A DNA stretch of 64,000 nt, taken from an uncultured Actinomycetota bacterium. GTDB taxonomy: Bacteria > Actinomycetota > Actinomycetes > Streptosporangiales > Streptosporangiaceae. The translations under genes and the position numbers were made by a program. The stretch is taken from NCBI GenBank assembly GCA_963792725.1, contig CAWBXJ010000001.1, positions 830,937 to 894,936 of the forward strand. The letters run 5' to 3'. The notes beneath the pieces are model-generated. The model ran no database searches, was not told the origin of the DNA, and worked only from the letters and a program-made list of their open reading frames with translations. Below are positions 62,646-64,000 of this stretch, piece after piece (the first letter of the stretch is position 1; each line of letters starts with the position of its first letter).

Positions 62646-63532
62646 TTGCCCATGCCCAAGGTCAGGCCCCTGATCAGGTACCGCTGGAAGATCAGGTAGA
62701 CGATGATCGCCGGGATGGCGCTGACAAGCGACCCGGCCATCAGCGGCGGGATGCCGGTGGTGCGGCCCGACGACAGCACCGCGAGGCCAACGGTGATCGT
62801 CCGGTCATTGGTCGGCAGGAACAGGTAACCGACCAGCAGGTCGTCCCAGATCTGGATGAACTGCAGTACCGTCACGGTCGCGATGGCGGGCAGCGAGAGC
62901 GGCAGCGCGATCCGCAGGAATGTCCGCTCGTAGCTGAGGCCGTCCATCACGGCCGCCTCGATCAGCTCGTCGGAGATGCCGCGGTAATACGTCGCCATCA
63001 GGAACGTCGCGAACGGCGCGCCCAGCGCGGCGTACACCAGGACCGCGCCGGTGTAGTTGCTCGTCAGGCTGAACTTCGCCAGGTTCACGTACTCGGGGAT
63101 GATGATCGACTGCAGGGGCACCATCATCGCCGCGACGATCAGCAGGAAGAGCAGCCCGCTCCCCCGGTACCGCAGCTTGGCGAACGCGAAGCCGGCCGTG
63201 GTGGCGACGATCAGGATGATCGCGATCGCGGCCGCGCAGACGAGGGTGGAGCTGACCAGCTCGTGCGCGACCGGCAGATCGCGGAACAGCTGCGTCCAGC
63301 CCGTCAGCGAGTGACCGCTCTGCCGGTCGAACTGGGCCTGGCTGCGGAACGAGTTATCGCCCATGTACCAGAACGGGTAGAACATGACGACCGCGATCAC
63401 GACCATGACCGCGAAGATGGCAGCGGCGGTCACGCGGCGGCGGAATCGGGCCGATTGCCAGCGGCTGGCCGACACGGCGGGCGCGCTCGGCGCGCTCGGC
63501 GCCTCAGCTGGGGGCGCGGATGCGGTGGCCAT
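62642..63532 (-). CDS. carbohydrate ABC transporter permease (MalG-like)
   Basis: The EAA loop reads DELIEAAVMDGLSYERTFLRIALP. There are 6 TM segments. Its stop overlaps the next gene's start as ATGA. Confidence 0.9.
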   Translation of the reverse strand: MATASAPPAEAPSAPSAPAVSASRWQSARFRRRVTAAAIFAVMVVIAVVMFYPFWYMGDNSFRSQAQFDRQSGHSLTGWTQLFRDLPVAHELVSSTLVCAAAIAIILIVATTAGFAFAKLRYRGSGLLFLLIVAAMMVPLQSIIIPEYVNLAKFSLTSNYTGAVLVYAALGAPFATFLMATYYRGISDELIEAAVMDGLSYERTFLRIALPLSLPAIATVTVLQFIQIWDDLLVGYLFLPTNDRTITVGLAVLSSGRTTGIPPLMAGSLVSAIPAIIVYLIFQRYLIRGLTLGMGK

Positions 63533-63537
63533 AACTG

Positions 63538-64000
63538 TCAGCCCTCCCCGTCCTGCGGCCTGATCAGCCGGAGCTGGCCGATCCCGACGATGATCATGAT
63601 GACGAACAGGATGATCCCGTACAGGGCACCCGTTCCGAACTGGCCTTGCGAGAACCCGGACTGGTACACGAAGAACTCAAGCGTGGTCGTGCCGAGACCC
63701 GGCCCGCCCCCGGTCATCACGAAGATGAGGCTGAACAGCGCGGAGAACGCGCTGATGACCGTGATCACGAAGGCGAACTGGACGAACCTGGTCAGCAGCG
63801 GCAGCGTCACGCGGAAGAAGATCTGCCGTCGGCTGAGGCCGTCGACGCGGGCCGCCTCGATCAGCGTCGGGTCGAGCGTGGCCATGCCGGTCAGGAAGAT
63901 GATCGTGTTCGTGCCGATCATGGACCAGATGAACGTGATGGCCAGGGCCGCCAGCGCACTGTACTCAGAGGCCAGCAGGTCGGTGTGAACCGAGCCCAGG
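63538..64000 (-). CDS. carbohydrate ABC transporter permease (MalF-like), C-terminal part; 5' end beyond the right edge
   Basis: It reads LIEAARVDGLSRRQIFFRVTLPLL. The frame stays open to the window edge. Confidence 0.85.
   Translation of the reverse strand, partial: LGSVHTDLLASEYSALAALAITFIWSMIGTNTIIFLTGMATLDPTLIEAARVDGLSRRQIFFRVTLPLLTRFVQFAFVITVISAFSALFSLIFVMTGGGPGLGTTTLEFFVYQSGFSQGQFGTGALYGIILFVIMIIVGIGQLRLIRPQDGEG

Overview
High-GC actinobacterial chromosomal segment with strong GC3 bias. It is gene-dense and resembles an accessory or arm-type region. I support about 65 protein-coding genes. They are dominated by one-component regulators (XRE, 2x TetR, AraC, GntR, Lrp/AsnC, IclR, MarR, ArsR), one ECF sigma factor and one orphan histidine kinase. 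These regulators sit next to small catabolic or redox modules (amidase, GS-like ligase, aminotransferase, SDRs, AKRs, cupins, VOC proteins, KdgK/Eda, FadD, SerA, a sugar ABC transporter). I recognised no rRNA, tRNA, CRISPR array or intact mobile element.

I did not find a convincing defence-type or otherwise clearly novel multi-gene system. The observations most worth a second look are:
1. A base-precise mosaic of three gene fragments at 7.5-8.5 kb, joined by a 31-bp tandem duplication and a 53-bp direct repeat.
2. An ECF42-like sigma module whose two flanking YciI genes share a 27-nt bipartite upstream motif.
3. A KdgK/permease/DSD1-deaminase/IclR/RidA/ADH/Eda cluster with a shared 25-nt operator-like architecture, possibly for 2-amino-2-deoxy-aldonate catabolism.
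4. A GS-like ligase plus class-II amidotransferase-like cluster, suggesting gamma-glutamyl-mediated amine catabolism.
5. A (GTGACCTCG)n in-frame microsatellite inside a TetR gene.
6. A GntR gene with a chain of overlapping small ORFs that looks like a decayed plasmid/ICE remnant.
7. Several perfect palindromes in divergent regulator promoters.

Four otherwise good ORFs are broken by single frameshifts next to G/C runs. This may be sequencing error rather than biology. All product calls come from reading motifs in the supplied or self-made translations. No database search was run.
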